Notes under the pieces: model-generated
Databases searched by the model: none
What the model saw: the letters and a program-made list of their open reading frames with translations, nothing else
What the model was told of the DNA's origin: nothing
Position numbers and translations under genes: made by a program
Source: a virus
Reading direction: 5' to 3' (one strand)
IMG/VR virus record: IMGVR_UViG_3300021431_000601
Coordinates: 1-16,666 of that record
Length of the DNA: 16,666 nucleotides
Shown here: in pieces, positions 13,404 through 16,666 of the stretch
Numbering within the stretch: position 1 is the first letter of the stretch
How the letters are laid out: every line of letters begins with the position of its first letter

Positions 13404-13605
13404 TTTGTAATCTCCTCTTCATACTTCTAATAAAATAATTTTTATCTAACACACATCCACATAAATTACATTTACCATATTTTTTAATCCAAACATCATG
13501 ATTATGATATTTGCATCTAGGACATATAATATTATGTAAATCTTTTGCTCTTTCTTCCTTTGTAGTATTTTTATATCTATTATAATTACTATAATGTTTT
13601 TTCAT
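13396..13605 (-). CDS. Small zinc-ribbon protein (69 aa)
   Basis: Two CxxC pairs are present (CPRC ... CNLC). Start moved from 13647 to ATG 13605 (MKKHYSNY...), which follows AAGGAGGG and lies 1 nt after the DNA polymerase stop. The longer track ORF would overlap the polymerase by 41 nt with no SD. Confidence 0.65.
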   Translation of the reverse strand: MKKHYSNYNRYKNTTKEERAKDLHNIICPRCKYHNHDVWIKKYGKCNLCGCVLDKNYFIRSMKRRLQNG

Positions 13606-13606
13606 T

Positions 13607-15667
13607 TTATCCCTCCTTAAATCTTGCTCTTGCACTTGAATCATCACTTATTAAATTAGCATAATCTAAGCTCTTACTTAGTTTATATGTATTAGGTAAT
13701 ATACAACATCCACTCCTATCAGTTACTAAATAAGTTAATCCTAAATAATCCATAACTTCAACTGGTGATTGTTCTTCAGTGTACATTACTAAATTTTTAT
13801 TAGTATCTTTATAATTAAATATAAAATCATCTCTAAAATCATCTAAACTCTTTAGAGCTTTTGCTCCAGCTTTAGGAACTCCAGCCACAGTTATATGTAT
13901 TTTATCATCTATTATATAAGCATACTTTTTAGCACCTTGAGTTATAAACTCTTTATAATTACATTCTTTTTCAAATAATCCCATCATGTGTTTATTGCCT
14001 TTAATATCAGATGGAGCATATTTTCTAACATCTAATTTTAATATTTTACATACAAAATTAATTCTATCTTCTACACTTTTATTGTAATCTTCAAATACTT
14101 TTTTATCATATCCATCTACTAATTTACATGAATCAGTATCACAATATACTACATAATCATCATTAGCAATTACTCTTCGAAGTAAATTATCTCTAGCATA
14201 TGCTGTAACCCAAACACCATATGCAAAAGATAAAAATGCTTTTTTCTTTTCACTTCCTAGTTTTTTAATAATTGTATCATTATCAAGTGGAACTTCTTCC
14301 CATGTTCCAGTTGCATCATCATAAATAACATCATCTCTTATATTATTAGTAACACTCATTCCATATATAGAATTATACATTCCTTTTATTCTTCCATATT
14401 CCATCTCTCTTTCTGGAATACCTTTTAACTCAGTTTTACCAACATACTTATCCAGAATAAATTCAATTAATGTTTTAGGTAAATAACTCATACTAGAATA
14501 GTAACATTCTAATATCTCATACTCTAAATCATATGTATCTAAATAAAAGTAAAAATCAATATCGGTTAATGTCATTTCAAATTCAGATGCTGAAATTAAT
14601 CGACCATTATCATATTTTGCTCCTCTTAAATTCCTACATTTACTAGCACTTATAAAATTATTGTAATATTTACATTTAACATTCTTAAATCTAACAACTA
14701 ATAAATAAGCTAATCTTTTTGACATCTCTTCTCTTTTCTTTATCTTACATGGTCTAAACTCACTATTAGGATATTTTTGTGTAACTAATACATAAGGATA
14801 ACTGGATGCAATATCATATGAATCAACATTCTCTAAAACTGAATCAGCATAAATCCAATTAGCATGTGTATATCCTCCTAAAAAAGCATCACAAAGTAGA
14901 TTATAAATATGAGGATTAGTATTAATTGCTTTCTTTACTATTCTCCTATATTTAAAATTAGTTCTTGTTAAGTTCTGGAGTTCTCTTCTAACTTTTCCAG
15001 TATTAGTTGATGGTATATGTTTTACATCTTCATATACTTCTAACTCTTTTAAAATATAATGATATAATACTAAACAATCATATTCACAATATCCAAGCTC
15101 TTTTTCACTCATTGGAGTATTAGGATTTCTTATAAGTGAATAATCTAAATCTCCAACTTTCTTTTCAACTGGTAAACTAAACATTTTAGGTAAATACTTT
15201 AATGCAACATTACTCATCATATAGCTACATTTAAGTATTATGTTATAATCTCTCATTATTGCACTTATAACCTTATGTGATTTACGAGCTGACACCTCAT
15301 CAAAATGAAAGTTACTTTTCAAATATTGAAACTCAAAAGCTAAATTATGAATAAATACATATTTAGTATCACCTATATGATCATCTAGTCTTTTTAAAAA
15401 TAACTTCAACTCATTCCAAGTTCTACCATAATAAACAATATCATTTATACTAAACATCCATATATACATATGACTTCTTTTAATGGCTCTTTGTTTTTCT
15501 TTATCTCCTAATTCATCATATTTAATAGCTGGATAAACTTTTCCATTTAGTATATAATAAGAACTTGTTTCAATATCAAATGTATAAATATTAGTATCAT
15601 AAAATTTTCTTTTTCCTTTGATATTAGGTTCATGACCTACACCATTATATTTATTCCAATAAAGCAC
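13607..15667 (-). CDS. Protein-primed family B DNA polymerase (686 aa)
   Basis: All signature motifs are present: ExoI FDIETS; ExoII HNLAFEF; ExoIII YCEYD; motif A DIASSYP (Dx2SxYP); motif B KGMYNSIYG (Kx3NSxYG); motif C YCDTDS; KxY GAKKYAY. The GTG start immediately follows an in-frame stop. Confidence 0.97.
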   Translation of the reverse strand: MLYWNKYNGVGHEPNIKGKRKFYDTNIYTFDIETSSYYILNGKVYPAIKYDELGDKEKQRAIKRSHMYIWMFSINDIVYYGRTWNELKLFLKRLDDHIGDTKYVFIHNLAFEFQYLKSNFHFDEVSARKSHKVISAIMRDYNIILKCSYMMSNVALKYLPKMFSLPVEKKVGDLDYSLIRNPNTPMSEKELGYCEYDCLVLYHYILKELEVYEDVKHIPSTNTGKVRRELQNLTRTNFKYRRIVKKAINTNPHIYNLLCDAFLGGYTHANWIYADSVLENVDSYDIASSYPYVLVTQKYPNSEFRPCKIKKREEMSKRLAYLLVVRFKNVKCKYYNNFISASKCRNLRGAKYDNGRLISASEFEMTLTDIDFYFYLDTYDLEYEILECYYSSMSYLPKTLIEFILDKYVGKTELKGIPEREMEYGRIKGMYNSIYGMSVTNNIRDDVIYDDATGTWEEVPLDNDTIIKKLGSEKKKAFLSFAYGVWVTAYARDNLLRRVIANDDYVVYCDTDSCKLVDGYDKKVFEDYNKSVEDRINFVCKILKLDVRKYAPSDIKGNKHMMGLFEKECNYKEFITQGAKKYAYIIDDKIHITVAGVPKAGAKALKSLDDFRDDFIFNYKDTNKNLVMYTEEQSPVEVMDYLGLTYLVTDRSGCCILPNTYKLSKSLDYANLISDDSSARARFKEG

Positions 15668-15685
15668 CTAATATCACTAACCTCT

Positions 15686-16363
15686 CTATAATACATATTT
15701 TTCAAACAATGTTTTAGCTGATTCTCTTAAATCCAAATCATTCATAGACAATCCAGCATAAGTTTCAATTCTTTTTATAAAATCATTTTCTGAATCTCCC
15801 TCTTCAATAGCATCCTCAATAACAGCTTGTAATGAACTAGCTCCTATTTTATCAGCTATATTAGAAAAGCTATCTTCTCCAAACATTTCATAAAATTTCT
15901 CAGCATCTTCATAACTCATCTCTTCATCTTCTGTTGATAAAGTTCCTCTTAAACTTTCAATAGTTTGTTCTCTTGTCTTTTTTATTCCTTTCTTAGTTGA
16001 TGTTAAACTATTTAAAAATTGATTAGTTGCTTTATTAACAGCAATCAATTGAGCTTTTGTTGGATTCTTACCTAATTTAATTTTACCTTTTGACCACATT
16101 TTCATTTTATTAGAACTTAATCTATTAGCTAATTTTTTACTAGCCCATGTTCCAGACTTATATCTTCTTTGTAATGAAGATAATCTAGCATTAGCTTTAC
16201 TAACTAGCTTTCTTGTTTCTTTTTCTAAATCAACTTTAGGTTTTCTTCCTCTAACTCTCTTTTTAGCAATACTTCCTTTACCAGTATTAACTATTTTACT
16301 TCCAGTTCCTTTACTTATGTATGAACTTCTTTTTCTTGTTCTTTTGTATTTCTTTCCTTGCAT
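15686..16363 (-). CDS. Putative terminal protein (225 aa)
   Basis: It lies directly upstream of the protein-primed polymerase, as in the phi29 gene 3 - gene 2 order. The N-terminus is extremely basic (KKYKRTRKR...KKRVRGRKPK) and the C-terminal half is acidic. The genome has ITRs. AGGAGAGG SD upstream. No direct sequence identity to phi29 TP that I can recognise. Confidence 0.7.
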   Translation of the reverse strand: MQGKKYKRTRKRSSYISKGTGSKIVNTGKGSIAKKRVRGRKPKVDLEKETRKLVSKANARLSSLQRRYKSGTWASKKLANRLSSNKMKMWSKGKIKLGKNPTKAQLIAVNKATNQFLNSLTSTKKGIKKTREQTIESLRGTLSTEDEEMSYEDAEKFYEMFGEDSFSNIADKIGASSLQAVIEDAIEEGDSENDFIKRIETYAGLSMNDLDLRESAKTLFEKYVL

Positions 16364-16547
16364 AATCTAAATCCTCTCCTAACTTAATTTCAAAATAAAT
16401 ACCATCTCTAGTAATGAATAAATAATCATTATATTTCTTTACATCAGAGAATTTATTTATATATGAAATTATAGCATTATAATCATGACTTGCAACATAT
16501 TTAAATCTTGTATTCTTCTCGTTATGCTGTATTAATATCCACATCAT
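16311..16547 (-). CDS. Hypothetical right-end early protein (78 aa)
   Basis: It is the first ORF after the right-end promoter. ATG at 16547 lies 6 nt after AAGGAGG (16554-16560 on +). The track start at 16553 abuts the SD. The ORF overlaps the terminal-protein ORF by 53 nt. Confidence 0.5.
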   Translation of the reverse strand: MMWILIQHNEKNTRFKYVASHDYNAIISYINKFSDVKKYNDYLFITRDGIYFEIKLGEDLDYARKEIQKNKKKKFIHK

Positions 16548-16566
16548 TACCATCCTCCTTAATTTA

Positions 16567-16595
16567 ATGATAACATATTAATAAATATTATTCAA
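16567..16595 (-). promoter_or_regulatory. Right-end early promoter (sigma-A type, extended -10)
   Basis: Read on the minus strand: -35 TTGAAT (16595-16590), 17-bp spacer, TGt, -10 TATCAT (16572-16567). It mirrors the left-end promoter position (72 nt versus 71 nt from the genome end). Confidence 0.6.
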
Positions 16596-16599
16596 TAAT

Positions 16600-16666
16600 A
16601 AAATACCATTTTTTAGTACAAATTACACAAACATTAGTACTAGCATAGTAATATCAATGGTATGCG
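16600..16666. repeat. Right inverted terminal repeat (67 bp)
   Basis: Exact reverse complement of 1-67. Confidence 0.97.

Noticed and set aside
16654-16662. TCAATGGTA in the ITR matches, as far as I recall, the first 9 nt of the phi29 pRNA (UCAAUGGUA), suggesting a pRNA gene at the end
   Set aside because: A single 9-mer match is expected by chance when a ~120-nt RNA is compared with both strands of a 16.7-kb AT-rich genome. There is no room for a structured RNA between the end and the early promoter, and no further similarity follows.

Overview
The window appears to be a complete linear genome of a small phi29-like, protein-primed podophage. Bases 1-67 are the exact reverse complement of 16600-16666, giving 67-bp inverted terminal repeats (ITRs). 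The genome is very AT-rich and densely packed. A low-GC Firmicute host, possibly Clostridium-like, is only an inference from composition, the SD sequences and the BhlA/UviB-type holin. Two convergent transcription units start from nearly mirror-image extended -10 promoters just inside each ITR. They meet at a bidirectional terminator (10204-10227). The rightward unit (+) contains, in order: a tandem array of small translationally coupled early ORFs (128-2190); a structured, relatively GC-rich noncoding element (2191-2310); an SSB-like gene; a lysis module (BhlA-like holin, CHAP-SH3 endolysin, M23 peptidase); scaffold; major capsid protein with a C-terminal Ig-like domain; portal; lower collar; and a beta-helix tail appendage. 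The leftward unit (-) contains: a small ORF; a putative terminal protein; a family B protein-primed DNA polymerase; three small ORFs (Zn-ribbon, single-TM, HTH-like); a gp16-like packaging ATPase; and a gp9-like tail knob. The three most unusual features are as follows. First, the early genes form a mosaic paralogous family that shares a KEIERLNNII core, including one exact 71-bp duplication. Second, these genes share a repeated junction cassette in which the conserved C-terminal GSDKE codons also supply the SD and overlapping GTG start of the next gene. Third, the multi-hairpin element at 2191-2310 has mutually complementary loops and is a candidate packaging or regulatory RNA. No tRNA, rRNA, CRISPR array or transposable element was seen.
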